Virus record (IMG/VR): IMGVR_UViG_2931369376_000001
Location: 1 to 64,000 of that record
Source of the DNA: a virus
Taxonomy: Duplodnaviria > Caudoviricetes
Direction: 5' to 3' (one strand)
DNA: 64,000 bases
The notes under the pieces were generated by a model. That model was not told the DNA's origin and did no database searches. It saw only the letters and a list, made by a program, of their open reading frames with translations. Positions within the stretch are counted from its first letter, which is position 1. Each line of letters starts with the position of its first letter. The position numbers were made by a program, and so were the translations under genes. Below, one piece after another: positions 34,590-44,044 of this stretch.

Positions 34590-34856
34590 CTATGCGGCGT
34601 TCTTCTCGCTCTCATGTATCTCCAGTAGCAGCGTCTTCAGAGCCTCACAACGCGTCGGGTCGACGGGTTCAAGGCGTGCCAGGTACGTCCGGCGGGTGTG
34701 CAAGTCCTCGCTCATCAGGAAATGCGCCAGGTAGCGATCGTGAAGCCCTGAACCATCATAACAATAGCGTTTTGTTGGTGGATAACATGAGGTGCAGCGC
34801 AGCACATGATTCAGGTACTGGTCATGCGCTCGATAGGTGGCTTCATTCAGCTGCAT
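34590..34856 (-). CDS. hypothetical Cys/His-containing protein
   Basis: 88-aa coupled ORF; CTSC...C. Confidence 0.55.
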   Translation of the reverse strand: MQLNEATYRAHDQYLNHVLRCTSCYPPTKRYCYDGSGLHDRYLAHFLMSEDLHTRRTYLARLEPVDPTRCEALKTLLLEIHESEKNAA

Positions 34857-35365
34857 TAGAATTCCTCCCGCTTCCAGGAGGTCGCCGCGCCCTTCTTCCC
34901 ACCCTCTTTTTTCACCGCTATAAACTTGAAAATTGGGAATTTGTCGGCGGCGACTTTGATCTTTACCCTGGCGTCATCCGTCCAGAAGCCTTTCACTTCG
35001 TGCACCTCCAGGTAGCCATTGGCCAACTGCACGAGAAAGTCCGGCGCGTACGTCGTTTTGGGCGCCAGCACAAGCCGGAACGGTTCGAACTGATACCACG
35101 CAATCTCCCCAGCGATGCGGCGTTGCTCAAGGTGGTCCTGGTAGGCTTCCTCGGTTTTGTTGAGAGTGCCCGTCTCGAGCCGCCCCAACGCCTGCATGGC
35201 CCTCATACCGCCTTTGCTGGCTGGCTTTTGTTCCTCGGCGCCGAGCATGCGCATGTGCTCCGGCTCAGCTTTCTTGCGCGATGCCGGCTTGCTTGCGAAC
35301 GCTCGACGGGTCATTTCCGGCGGCAGGCTGGCCAGGTACTCTTCTGAGAACACTCGCTTGCTCAT
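34856..35365 (-). CDS. PD-(D/E)xK endonuclease (DUF1064-like)
   Basis: YAPDFLV...VHEVKGFWTDDARVKIK. Confidence 0.75.
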   Translation of the reverse strand: MSKRVFSEEYLASLPPEMTRRAFASKPASRKKAEPEHMRMLGAEEQKPASKGGMRAMQALGRLETGTLNKTEEAYQDHLEQRRIAGEIAWYQFEPFRLVLAPKTTYAPDFLVQLANGYLEVHEVKGFWTDDARVKIKVAADKFPIFKFIAVKKEGGKKGAATSWKREEF

Positions 35366-35565
35366 CGCTGCACCGCGCCGCCACAGCAGTGGCAGGACCG
35401 GACAGAACCACGAGCACGCAGCCAGATCATGTATTCCCGCTGGACCTGGGGCTCCTTGTATTCGTCCAGGTCGCGCCCCATCGGGCCTTTCTTTCGATCA
35501 AATGGGCCTTCGTGGTCACACTCGAAATCACTGCGGGCCTCATCAGCCACTTCAAACACGCTCAC
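35362..35565 (-). CDS. hypothetical protein
   Basis: 67-aa coupled ORF. Confidence 0.5.
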   Translation of the reverse strand: MSVFEVADEARSDFECDHEGPFDRKKGPMGRDLDEYKEPQVQREYMIWLRARGSVRSCHCCGGAVQR

Positions 35566-35698
35566 TTCACAGCCTCCAGACGTTTGGACGGGATCGGTAC
35601 AGCTCCCCGCATAGCGCCATCAAATTTAATGGCGTGCACGGCTTCGCCACCCACAGGGTTTGCAGGTGTTCGAACCATTCAGGGGGTAGCGCCGGATA

Positions 35699-36496
35699 TC
35701 AGGCTTGCAGCTGCTCGGGCTGCCTGTCGGCCTGGTGGCGCAGGTAGAACGCGGCCAGGTCCATCGGGAACAGCGATCGCTCACCGGCCTCGATGGCGGT
35801 GTCGAAGGTCCACTGGCGAGTCTCCGAACTCAGCCGGTGCCAACCAGTGTTTGGAAAGTATCCAAAGTAGGACAGCTCTTCAGTGGCGTCACATAGTTGG
35901 AAGTGAGTGGCCATGGCCTCTTCGCCCATCATTCGCTGGATCTCATCCAGGTGGTACGGGCGCAGCCCACCAGGCAGCGCATGACCGTTGTAGGCTATAG
36001 GGGGTTCCAGCCCCATGGTTTCGCTACGTTCCAGGTGAAACGCCAGCGATCGAACCGGACCGGCGTCATCGTTCACTGCATAGGCTGCATGCTTGAACAA
36101 GCGTCTCGCCCTCGGCATGCCCTCTTCCACGGGCGCTTCCACCGGTACCCGTGGCCTTGCTACCAACTTCGGGTGAACAGCGCCCAGGGCTACAGTGGGG
36201 GCTTCCTGCGGCTGATCGCCGGCGTCAGGTGCAGCCGATGGCCTGGACCTGGAAGGCTTCAGCAGCTCAGGACGTTCACGCAGCGGCAGAAATCCGTCTT
36301 CGCCGAGGATCACGCTACCCACCTCGCGCCCCAGCTCGGCCTGGTCCAACACGAACTCAACCAACGCCAGGCCGCGCGCCAGCAATAGGTTCAGGTTCTT
36401 GTGGCCGCAACGCTTCAACAGCCCCTCAACGCGCGCCATGCTGTCGGGCGCCATAGTAAAAACGATCTCGTGACGCTGTGGTGCCTGGGCAGTCAT
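35699..36496 (-). CDS. hypothetical protein, possible N-terminal ribbon-helix-helix
   Basis: Start MTAQA below a 37-bp promoter element. Confidence 0.6.
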   Translation of the reverse strand: MTAQAPQRHEIVFTMAPDSMARVEGLLKRCGHKNLNLLLARGLALVEFVLDQAELGREVGSVILGEDGFLPLRERPELLKPSRSRPSAAPDAGDQPQEAPTVALGAVHPKLVARPRVPVEAPVEEGMPRARRLFKHAAYAVNDDAGPVRSLAFHLERSETMGLEPPIAYNGHALPGGLRPYHLDEIQRMMGEEAMATHFQLCDATEELSYFGYFPNTGWHRLSSETRQWTFDTAIEAGERSLFPMDLAAFYLRHQADRQPEQLQA

Positions 36497-36529
36497 GGTG
36501 GCCTCTGCGTGTCTTAATTTAGCTTGCGT

Positions 36530-36566
36530 CATAATGACATAAAAACACCTTATCACAATAGCGTTT
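36530..36566 (-). promoter_or_regulatory. 37-bp conserved early promoter element
   Basis: CATAATGACA-yAA-N9-ATCAyAATAGCGTTT on the plus strand; copy 1 of 3. Confidence 0.7.
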
Positions 36567-36609
36567 GTGTGTTTTTTGTTCGGTTTGCCGGGCGCCAACC
36601 TCCAGACAC

Positions 36610-36633
36610 AAAAAAGCCCGCACGCGGCGGGCT
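36610..36633 (-). terminator. rho-independent terminator
   Basis: AGCCCGC/GCGGGCT stem plus T run. Confidence 0.75.
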
Positions 36634-36655
36634 ACTGGGTAATCGATGGCGTTAG

Positions 36656-36919
36656 CTACCCCGCCGCCTCGGCTTCTGCATCCTGCACCAACTTGTTCAC
36701 CCCTCCTATCAACTCGCCAACGGCCACGTTATAGGCTTCCTCTGCCCTGGCACACTCGCGCAGCACTTTGGCACGCTGCCTGGCGGTTAGGTCATTCAAC
36801 TGCTCCAGCGGCTGCATTGCCTTGCGGTGTTCCACCTGGGCTTCATTCACAGGATCAAGGAAGCGGCGCAGGTAGACGGTTTCAATCTTTGCCATGACGG
36901 GTCTGTCCTGGTTCATCAA
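36656..36919 (-). CDS. hypothetical protein
   Basis: 87-aa ORF ending at the terminator. Confidence 0.55.
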   Translation of the reverse strand: MMNQDRPVMAKIETVYLRRFLDPVNEAQVEHRKAMQPLEQLNDLTARQRAKVLRECARAEEAYNVAVGELIGGVNKLVQDAEAEAAG

Positions 36920-37133
36920 ATTTGTGGGTCTTTACGTACTGTACGAGTGCCACACAGCCCTGGCAGTCCACGAGAGCGTCAGTGGGCAGCGCCTGGTCGA
37001 GATCGGACTGCTTGAGGCCACAGAGGGTGGCAAGCAGTCCACGACCTACGTAATGCGTTTGGTCACGACCAGGGTCATAGACCTTCTCTGCCAGTGGCTT
37101 GTGTTTGGTCATTCTGCTTGCCTCATCGGACAT
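36882..37133 (-). CDS. hypothetical protein
   Basis: CGL...CQGC motif. Confidence 0.5.
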   Translation of the reverse strand: MSDEASRMTKHKPLAEKVYDPGRDQTHYVGRGLLATLCGLKQSDLDQALPTDALVDCQGCVALVQYVKTHKFDEPGQTRHGKD

Positions 37134-37158
37134 GGCGTTGGATCGAACATAAACGGCG

Positions 37159-37416
37159 TTACTCGCTCGCGGTGGCCACCTGAAACACTCGCGCGCCTTC
37201 CTCAGTCATCACCGACGCCCAGTGCCCCCAGTTTCGATACGGCGCCGCCCAACCTTTGCGGTATAGCGCACGGATGGCGGGCACGTGCCGTTGCGCCGTG
37301 ATGACTTCCGGGTGCTGCTGACTGAACTGATCCAGTTCGTTCAGCAGGCAGGCATAGGGATAGCTGCGTGCCAGAAATCGCATCACTTCAATCTGACGCG
37401 GGGTCGGCTTGGTCAT
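37159..37416 (-). CDS. hypothetical protein (wHTH-like)
   Basis: Preceded by the repeated ACTGAAAGGAACCC RBS element. Confidence 0.6.
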   Translation of the reverse strand: MTKPTPRQIEVMRFLARSYPYACLLNELDQFSQQHPEVITAQRHVPAIRALYRKGWAAPYRNWGHWASVMTEEGARVFQVATASE

Positions 37417-37430
37417 GACGGGGGTTCCTT

Positions 37431-37670
37431 TCAGTACTTGACCGGGTCGCCTTTGTACCGCCAGCGCTCGACCAGTTGTGCGGTCCAGCTCTCGCCCAGC
37501 CGGGCCAGCGCCTCAGCTATGGTGTCATTGCCCGCGGCCAGCAAGTCGGCACGGTTCGCGGCCAGCACCACATACAGGTACTCGCCACGGCTCAGCACGC
37601 CCAGGCTCGTTTCATCGCCCTTGGCCACGCGCAGCGCCAGGGCGTCCAGATGATCCAGTTGTTCACTCAT
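37431..37670 (-). CDS. hypothetical phage protein
   Basis: 79 aa with GAAAGGAA RBS. Confidence 0.6.
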   Translation of the reverse strand: MSEQLDHLDALALRVAKGDETSLGVLSRGEYLYVVLAANRADLLAAGNDTIAEALARLGESWTAQLVERWRYKGDPVKY

Positions 37671-37729
37671 GGTTGAATTCCTTTCTGTTCGTTATGGGTA
37701 TTCGAACGACGCCATGGCGCGGGTTCCTT

Positions 37730-38029
37730 TCAGTTATGACGCTCGGCCGCATCGACCTCTATTTGCGCGGCTTTACTGGCCCGCGACTCGGCGTCAGCGG
37801 TACGGTGTGCCGCTTCCATTTCAGGGGCCTTGGCTTGCTGATACAGCGCCTCGCGCTCTTGCTCGCTGATTACCTGAGCATCCAGCAGGCCCAGCAAGTA
37901 ACCCTCAATGCGGACCATGGCGCGAGCCACGTCACGTTGCGTTTCGGCAGTGTCGAATGCCGCTCGCAGCCAGAACAAGCGGTCAAGTTGTACGGCGTTC
38001 AGTTTCCTTTCAGCGGCAATCGTAGTCAT
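37730..38029 (-). CDS. hypothetical phage protein
   Basis: Start MTTIAA after the ACTGAAAGGAACCC element. Confidence 0.6.
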   Translation of the reverse strand: MTTIAAERKLNAVQLDRLFWLRAAFDTAETQRDVARAMVRIEGYLLGLLDAQVISEQEREALYQQAKAPEMEAAHRTADAESRASKAAQIEVDAAERHN

Positions 38030-38066
38030 AGAACGGGTTCCTTTCAGTTGGCTTGAGGTGTGCGGG

Positions 38067-38291
38067 CTATTCGCCTTGGGCGGCGCCCCAGTCCAGCGGC
38101 TCGCCCACAATCCGCGCTGCCGCAAGTTTGGCACCGCGCACGGTGTCGTAACGGCGCGGCAGCTCCAGCCAGGCCATGTCGCCCTTGTACCCGGTGTTGC
38201 ACGTCAGCACGATGCCCTTGTGCGAGCTGTTTACGGCCTCAATACGCATTTCATTGATCCCCACCTTGGCGGTGAACAGAACCTGACTCAT
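38067..38291 (-). CDS. hypothetical protein
   Basis: ELPRRYDTVRGAKLAA, paralogous to the N-terminal half of 38870..39376. Confidence 0.6.
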   Translation of the reverse strand: MSQVLFTAKVGINEMRIEAVNSSHKGIVLTCNTGYKGDMAWLELPRRYDTVRGAKLAAARIVGEPLDWGAAQGE

Positions 38292-38346
38292 GGCGGCTTC
38301 CTTACAAGATTGCCGGTAGTAGCCACATCATGCTGATGACAGCATA

Positions 38347-38362
38347 CTGGTTATACATACAG
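38347..38362. promoter_or_regulatory. LexA (SOS) box
   Basis: taCTGGTTATACATACAGtt = CTG-N10-CAG, 15 nt upstream of 38378. Confidence 0.75.
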
Positions 38363-38377
38363 TTTTAGGTGTAAGCC

Positions 38378-38638
38378 ATGCCCCGTGAACTACCGACATT
38401 CAGGCCGGTCACGCTGGACGAATTGCGTTCGATCTGGTCCCAGTATCCTGACCCCGATATCCGCCGCTTGGTGCTTGAGGTCGAGCGGTACCGGCGTGTT
38501 ATCAAAGAGATCGACCAACTGTACAAAACCACGCACCAGGCCTGGCGCGATACGGTTGGCGGCAATCTCACCGCGCTGCACTTGCTTCAGAAACTCATGT
38601 TCCTGGAAATTGGACGCCTGCCCTACACACCGGACTGA
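38378..38638 (+). CDS. small SOS-regulated phage protein
   Basis: RPVTLDELRSIW...DIRRLVLEVERYR; LexA box upstream. Confidence 0.65.
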   Translation: MPRELPTFRPVTLDELRSIWSQYPDPDIRRLVLEVERYRRVIKEIDQLYKTTHQAWRDTVGGNLTALHLLQKLMFLEIGRLPYTPD

Positions 38639-38868
38639 TTCAGCTCGCGGGTTATCGCTTCTTCCAGGTGATGGCTGTAGGCAGCATCGGCCAGCTCTCG
38701 CATGTCATGGGCCTCCAGGGGATCCACCAGGCCATCGGCTTTCAACTGGTCCACCTCGCCGCGCAGGTCCGCGTGCCATGTATCGAGCGGACCAGCGGGA
38801 GGGCGTTCTAACTGGTCCTGCCAGTCCGCCAGGCGACGGGCTTTTTCGGTGGGTAGGCTCTCGGTCAT
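38623..38868 (-). CDS. hypothetical protein
   Basis: RLADW...GLVD..E...MRELADAAYSH. Confidence 0.55.
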   Translation of the reverse strand: MTESLPTEKARRLADWQDQLERPPAGPLDTWHADLRGEVDQLKADGLVDPLEAHDMRELADAAYSHHLEEAITRELNQSGV

Positions 38869-38869
38869 G

Positions 38870-39376
38870 TCAACCTCCATCAAATTTTGGGGCGTCGGTG
38901 TCTTCATCCCACCGTGCGATCGGCATGCGGCAGTTGCTGCAATACGCCGTCCTGCCAACGGTGTGGTTCAGCCCGTCGTACATGCCGGTGTTGTCGGCCC
39001 ATGCGCCAGAGAAGGACCGGTGATAGCCGCCGACCCCCTTGTAACGCTGAACCACATGGAATGTATCGCTTCCACAATGGGGGCAGGCTTTCAAATCACT
39101 GATCGGTGGCAGCCCTGCTTTCTTCTTCGGCAGGTCCGCCGGCGCTTCGCCCGGTCTTACCCACACCAGCTTTTCACCTGCCAACAACCCCGCCGCCTGC
39201 TTGGCGCCTCGCTCAGTGCGGTAGATGCGCGGCAACTCGTCGAATACCTTGAAACCTGATCGCGTGAACCCACAGTCAAGGAAAAACAGTGCAGGCTCGT
39301 CGGTGTCGGCCAGGCTGATGTACAGGGATTCCCCGCTTTTCAGTTTGGCCTCTAACAGCAGCTTTTCCATCAGCAA
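38870..39376 (-). CDS. two-domain protein with C-terminal zinc ribbon
   Basis: CPHCGS...CSNC; downstream of a 37-bp promoter element. Confidence 0.6.
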   Translation of the reverse strand: MLMEKLLLEAKLKSGESLYISLADTDEPALFFLDCGFTRSGFKVFDELPRIYRTERGAKQAAGLLAGEKLVWVRPGEAPADLPKKKAGLPPISDLKACPHCGSDTFHVVQRYKGVGGYHRSFSGAWADNTGMYDGLNHTVGRTAYCSNCRMPIARWDEDTDAPKFDGG

Positions 39377-39405
39377 TCCTCAACTATCCGACCAGTCCAC
39401 ACTGA

Positions 39406-39442
39406 CATAATGACACAAAGACGCCACATCATAATAGCGTTT
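39406..39442 (-). promoter_or_regulatory. 37-bp conserved early promoter element
   Basis: Copy 2 of 3. Confidence 0.7.
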
Positions 39443-39475
39443 TAATGTTTATCTATTGATGTCTGCCCTTGCTTA

Positions 39476-40126
39476 TCAGAACGATTCGTCTGTTTGGCCG
39501 CCGGCATGCGCATAGCTGATGTTAGGCAATTCAAACCGGACGATCAGGCTGGATGACTGGCCCTCGCTCAACAGCCTCACAGCTGCTCGTCTGACGTCTT
39601 CTTGGGCCGCTTTCTGAATTGCTTCGACATTTGCGTAGCCAACAGTATCCGGCACTTCCAGGTAGGTGTACGTGATGTCACCGGTGGCGAGCGCTGCCTT
39701 CTCAAAGGCCTGGAACTTCTGCACGTAGTCGGCCTGGTCTTTCGCTGTGTTCCTCAGCGTCACCATGTCGATAAACGACTTCTCGTTTTCCATGGAAATG
39801 ATATTGAAGGACTTGACCAGCGCGTTGGACACCTTCTGATAAAGGCTCTGCTGGTATGGCGCGACCAGCGCAACCGCATCCAACTTGTTCTCCCTGAAGA
39901 ACAGGGCGACGGTGAACTTCTGCCCGACAAACTCAAAATTGTCGGTGCACCGGCCTGTGTGCTCGCTGTTCGAACAGTCGTAATAGCCCGCCGACCGGGT
40001 GTATTTCGCAATGGGGGTGCCGTAGGTGTAGTCCTTGAACAGACTCACGCCAGCGGACGCGGTGGGCATGCCAGAAAGCAGGCCAAGGCCAGTGGTGAGC
40101 GCGATCGCGAGTAGCTTTTTCGACAT
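39476..40126 (-). CDS. exported protein (moron-like)
   Basis: Signal peptide MSKKLLAIALTTGLGLLSGMPTASA; hairpin CCGCCGC-TTCG upstream. Confidence 0.7.
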   Translation of the reverse strand: MSKKLLAIALTTGLGLLSGMPTASAGVSLFKDYTYGTPIAKYTRSAGYYDCSNSEHTGRCTDNFEFVGQKFTVALFFRENKLDAVALVAPYQQSLYQKVSNALVKSFNIISMENEKSFIDMVTLRNTAKDQADYVQKFQAFEKAALATGDITYTYLEVPDTVGYANVEAIQKAAQEDVRRAAVRLLSEGQSSSLIVRFELPNISYAHAGGQTDESF

Positions 40127-40224
40127 CGAGGAAAGTCCCTTTAGCATTGGATTATTGGCGTTGTGCCAGCAAACAATACTATGAAAGGGACACCGCCGCT
40201 TCGGTGCGGCGGGTTCAGTGGTTA

Positions 40225-40593
40225 TCAGGCGCCAGCGATGGGGGTTTTGCGCTTTTTGATGATTTTGAGCCGGTAGTTCGCACAGCACGCGGTGCAAAAC
40301 ACGCGCATGGAGCCAGACCGGTTTTGTTTGAACTGGCCACCGCATTCACACCTTGCCGTCTCCAGGTGCTTGGCCACCAGGGTGTTGATCGCCGCATTGT
40401 TGTTTCGCCGCGGGGCAGTGATGCCCAGCGCCTTGCAGACGCGCCGATATTCCGTCTTGATCCATGCTTCATCTGGTTCATGGCCCAAGCCGTCGCCAAG
40501 CATGTCCCCCAGCTGGACCAACTGCCGATACAGCCCCGCCTTGGGATCCTCCGGTGGCTTGGGCTTGTGCTCTTCAAACAGGTCCGCTTGCAT
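40225..40593 (-). CDS. hypothetical zinc-ribbon protein
   Basis: CECGG...CTAC. Confidence 0.6.
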   Translation of the reverse strand: MQADLFEEHKPKPPEDPKAGLYRQLVQLGDMLGDGLGHEPDEAWIKTEYRRVCKALGITAPRRNNNAAINTLVAKHLETARCECGGQFKQNRSGSMRVFCTACCANYRLKIIKKRKTPIAGA

Positions 40594-41047
40594 TGCCTGC
40601 CCCCCTACCCGCTTGTGCTAACACCTCAGGTACCAGCACCGAGTCGCCACGATGGGCCAATACGATCGACCGGCACGCTGCAACCCGAATGTTGGGCCCG
40701 GCGCCGAGGCGCGAAAACTTTGGAAAGCCATCGGCCTCAAGCTTGTAACCGTGGGCACGGATACGCACCTGGTCCGCGGTGCGTGGCTGCTCGGGAGTGC
40801 AGACCGCGCCAAAGGTCACAAAAAAGCGCTCCAGCAGCGGCCCGCACTGGCCCCAGTCAACAGTTGGCCGGTAAGCGCAGCCCGTGGCGACCTGGAACAC
40901 CCGCCAGCCGGTGCCGTAGTGTGGTGGCGCCAGATCAACCGGCACGCCTTCAATTTGCGCCACAACCCAATGCAGCGCCGGGCCGTCCAATTCCGCCGTC
41001 TTGACCTCAACCATGTTCAACGCACCAGTAACCGGCCCTTTACTCAT
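40574..41047 (-). CDS. NinX/DUF2591-like phage protein
   Basis: VKTAELDGPALHWVVA...YRPTVDWGQCGPLLE...AACRSIV. Confidence 0.7.
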   Translation of the reverse strand: MSKGPVTGALNMVEVKTAELDGPALHWVVAQIEGVPVDLAPPHYGTGWRVFQVATGCAYRPTVDWGQCGPLLERFFVTFGAVCTPEQPRTADQVRIRAHGYKLEADGFPKFSRLGAGPNIRVAACRSIVLAHRGDSVLVPEVLAQAGRGAGNASGPV

Positions 41048-41613
41048 GCCGCCGCCCTCTGGCCGACCATCACATCAGCGACGATTTCCCACAGCTGGGC
41101 CGGTGACCATTGGAACCGGTCAAAATCTCCATCTGGCGTCACACCGACACGGCACGTCGAGTGGGCGCCTTTCTGGCCCTCGTATGTCTTCTGCATAATC
41201 GTCGCCACCTTGCCGTCACCCTGAGGCTCTGTGCGGTGGTATTTGTAGGCGCTCTGGTGGTAGCTCTGGCCAGCGCTGATAACGTTGTCACACATGGCAA
41301 TCATGTCCGTCCGGCCATCCGGCACCCAAGGGCGCCCGCCTTTCTCCGTTCGGGCGCCTTCATGCAGGTACATCACAAATTCGCCGTCATCGCTCCACAC
41401 ATCAGCGAATTCGATGTTGCGCTGAGCGCCCACCAGCACACGTGATGTGAAATCAAAGCGGTGGTCATGGATCGCCGAGTGCTCGAAACAAGTCCGCCGC
41501 GGCAACTCCGGGTGCCAGACATGCAACCGCTGATTCCCCTGGAGCTGGACCTGAACAAAGCCCAGGCCATGCAGGGTGATTTTGTCCGTCATTACGTCGT
41601 CAATGATGCTCAT
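41044..41613 (-). CDS. conserved phage protein (cupin-like)
   Basis: IHDHRFDFTSRVLVG...YHRT. Confidence 0.6.
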   Translation of the reverse strand: MSIIDDVMTDKITLHGLGFVQVQLQGNQRLHVWHPELPRRTCFEHSAIHDHRFDFTSRVLVGAQRNIEFADVWSDDGEFVMYLHEGARTEKGGRPWVPDGRTDMIAMCDNVISAGQSYHQSAYKYHRTEPQGDGKVATIMQKTYEGQKGAHSTCRVGVTPDGDFDRFQWSPAQLWEIVADVMVGQRAAA

Positions 41614-42077
41614 ACCTGCTCCCCCTGGGTCATGGCTGCGGTTGCAATCGATTCAATCTGGTCGCAGTGGCTGTAGATGTCCTGGACGTCATCGCGCCCA
41701 TTCACGCAATCACGGACGGTTGGGCGGATATTTCCATCGACCTCAGCGGCAATGTCCTGGAGTGCCTGTCGCAAACGCTGGTTCTCGGCGATTAGCGCCT
41801 TAACAGCGGTCGAGACGTTCAGGTGCCCGAGGTCCACGGTAATGGCCTGGGCTTCATCGAACAGCTTGACCTTTTGATCACGCTCTTCAGCCGCTTGCCT
41901 GGCCTCTTCCTGATCACGAATCTTCAAGCACCGCTTACAAGTGACGTAACGCCAGTCGTTGGTCAGCTGTTCGTCCGTCATGTCGCCTTCGGTACCGCAA
42001 TAGACATGTTCTGGCATGTCCTGGTCCGCCTCGGTGCCCCCGTCCCACGGGTAGAGGTGAATCACACGCTTGCTCAC
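41610..42077 (-). CDS. hypothetical protein
   Basis: YCG...VTCKRC plus coiled coil. Confidence 0.6.
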   Translation of the reverse strand: MSKRVIHLYPWDGGTEADQDMPEHVYCGTEGDMTDEQLTNDWRYVTCKRCLKIRDQEEARQAAEERDQKVKLFDEAQAITVDLGHLNVSTAVKALIAENQRLRQALQDIAAEVDGNIRPTVRDCVNGRDDVQDIYSHCDQIESIATAAMTQGEQV

Positions 42078-43297
42078 GGCGTCTCTCCCTTGCTCCTGGC
42101 AGCGTCGATCACAGCGTCGACGTCAGTGAACTCCGCGTCACTCGGGAACCAGTCTTGAATCAACCAGATGAAGGTCTGCTTTTCTCGAAGCCACAGGTAC
42201 CGATCGGCATTCTTGCGTACTGCCGATAGGCCCCGCTTCACTTGGGCGACGAGATCACACAGCTTGGCTTGAGGCGCGGCACCTTCGCCGTTGAGTAATA
42301 CGTCCAGTTCACGCACCAGGGCATCAATGTCCGCGGCGGCATACCAACTTTCGACAGCCGAAGCCGGTGCACCGTCAAGTGCCTGATTGAGGCGTTTCAG
42401 CTCGGCCTCGTATCCGGCCCAGCCATCGGCATAGCCTTCATCCCAATCGTGACTGTTGTGAGGGTTACCGACCTTCCGCTCCGGCAAAACCATCGCTACC
42501 GGCGCGGGCTGATCGGGAACAAGGAACGGAACCCACACATACCCGCCGCGTTCCGCCTGCTCAATTGCCTTGGTATCCGGGGATCGCGATTGATGACCTA
42601 TGACGAACCCATCATGCTTTCGCGTCAGGTTCCAGCCTTGCGACAGGCCGGTGGGCTTTGGCTCGCCCTGGGCCTCATCGGCTGGTACGGGTTGGCTTGA
42701 GAGGAAAGCGTTACGAGCAGCCCACCAAGCGGGCGTTACGTGCCAGGCGTTGCGTAACAGCTCCTGCGCCTTCGCCAATTCGGATTTCATGGCGTCCTGT
42801 TTGTGGCAAAGGTGGGTGGTGCGCCCCTTCCACAGCTTGACCTCTGCTCGTAGCGCCGTGCCAGTTTCCTCGGCCGCTTCCATGTAGTCGTTCTTGTGCT
42901 GGCGCAGTTGGCGTACCTCAGCCTGCAACCGGGTGACGTGGGCGCGGTCTACCAACTCCACAAGCACGGGACCGGTATAGTTTTCGGACAGTTCCAATAG
43001 TTCGTCCTTGGTCAACCGAATGGCGTAGCGGTTGCCCTTGACGCTATAGCCCAGCACTTCCACATCCCCGCCAGCAGGCGGCACAGGGTCAGCCCCGTTC
43101 ATGCGGCGTTCGATCATCTGCCAGGCGGGCTCGTACTCGGGCCAGTCGCTTTCAACGACCAGGCACTCGCGATGGGGCAGATGAGACAGCAGGGATAGCA
43201 TCGGGTCCACTAGGTGACCACGGTACGCCACAGGCACCTTTTTCAGGTCGCTGCGCTTGATGACGATATAGCGGTTTTCGCGTTCGAAGTTACTCAT
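42074..43297 (-). CDS. mosaic hypothetical phage protein
   Basis: FERENRYIVIKRSD N-terminus; coiled-coil middle. Confidence 0.65.
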   Translation of the reverse strand: MSNFERENRYIVIKRSDLKKVPVAYRGHLVDPMLSLLSHLPHRECLVVESDWPEYEPAWQMIERRMNGADPVPPAGGDVEVLGYSVKGNRYAIRLTKDELLELSENYTGPVLVELVDRAHVTRLQAEVRQLRQHKNDYMEAAEETGTALRAEVKLWKGRTTHLCHKQDAMKSELAKAQELLRNAWHVTPAWWAARNAFLSSQPVPADEAQGEPKPTGLSQGWNLTRKHDGFVIGHQSRSPDTKAIEQAERGGYVWVPFLVPDQPAPVAMVLPERKVGNPHNSHDWDEGYADGWAGYEAELKRLNQALDGAPASAVESWYAAADIDALVRELDVLLNGEGAAPQAKLCDLVAQVKRGLSAVRKNADRYLWLREKQTFIWLIQDWFPSDAEFTDVDAVIDAARSKGETP

Positions 43298-43730
43298 GGC
43301 TTTGAGCCTCGGCGGTTGAATTGAGGGCCGCGTCGATCCTGGAAAGGAGTGCGTAGAGTTCGTCACCGTCACCCAGGCCCTTCATCCCGGCGTGATATTC
43401 AACACTTCGACGGGCTTCCAGCAGCAAATTCAACAATCCATCCCTCCGCTGGTGCTGTGCTTTGAGGCGCTTTTGGAGGGAGTCACGCTGTAGGCCTGAG
43501 CGCGCCAGCAACCGGTCATAGTTCTGGTTGTCCTGGCGCAGACGATCGACTTGCAGGACCAGACTCTCGCGATCATCGGCACCCGCACAGGCTGAATCCG
43601 GCTTGAAGATAGGCATCGTGAGCGGTGTAGGCCCCTTGCCGGAGCCAGACCGCCCAGGGCAGTCCGGCGCGTGGCGTTCCGGGGCAGCCTTGAAGCCAGC
43701 AGGGCAATTGCAAAACGTGAATCGGCTCAT
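43290..43730 (-). CDS. hypothetical protein
   Basis: Coupled ORF; coiled coil. Confidence 0.55.
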   Translation of the reverse strand: MSRFTFCNCPAGFKAAPERHAPDCPGRSGSGKGPTPLTMPIFKPDSACAGADDRESLVLQVDRLRQDNQNYDRLLARSGLQRDSLQKRLKAQHQRRDGLLNLLLEARRSVEYHAGMKGLGDGDELYALLSRIDAALNSTAEAQSHE

Positions 43731-44044
43731 ATCGCCCCCCGGGACGCCTGACCAGCTTCGTTCTGGCCCGCCGGCGGATGGTCATGCCCAGGGCAGCCAC
43801 CACCTGCGTAGTCAAAGCCTTCGCAGGGCGCACCGACGGGAAGGACCTCCCGGCCTTGGGCCAGGCACTCCAGCAGACGGTCTTTTGCCTGGTCGGCAGT
43901 ACAGGGCCGTCCATCTTCAAGCTTGAATAGCCCCTTGAGCTGACGCTTGCTGAAATCGCGGATGGCGCCACGAACGCTCAGGTGGACGTGAAAGGTGCGC
44001 CCGGTCGGGCCGAAAGGCTCGGTAGGCTTCTGTTCTGCGAGCAT
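43727..44044 (-). CDS. hypothetical protein
   Basis: CEGFDY..GGCPGH motif. Confidence 0.6.
   Translation of the reverse strand: MLAEQKPTEPFGPTGRTFHVHLSVRGAIRDFSKRQLKGLFKLEDGRPCTADQAKDRLLECLAQGREVLPVGAPCEGFDYAGGGCPGHDHPPAGQNEAGQASRGAI

Noticed and set aside
36072-36092. Type I-F repeat mimic (GTTCACTGC)
   Set aside because: Only a 9-nt match, inside a coding sequence, without the repeat hairpin.
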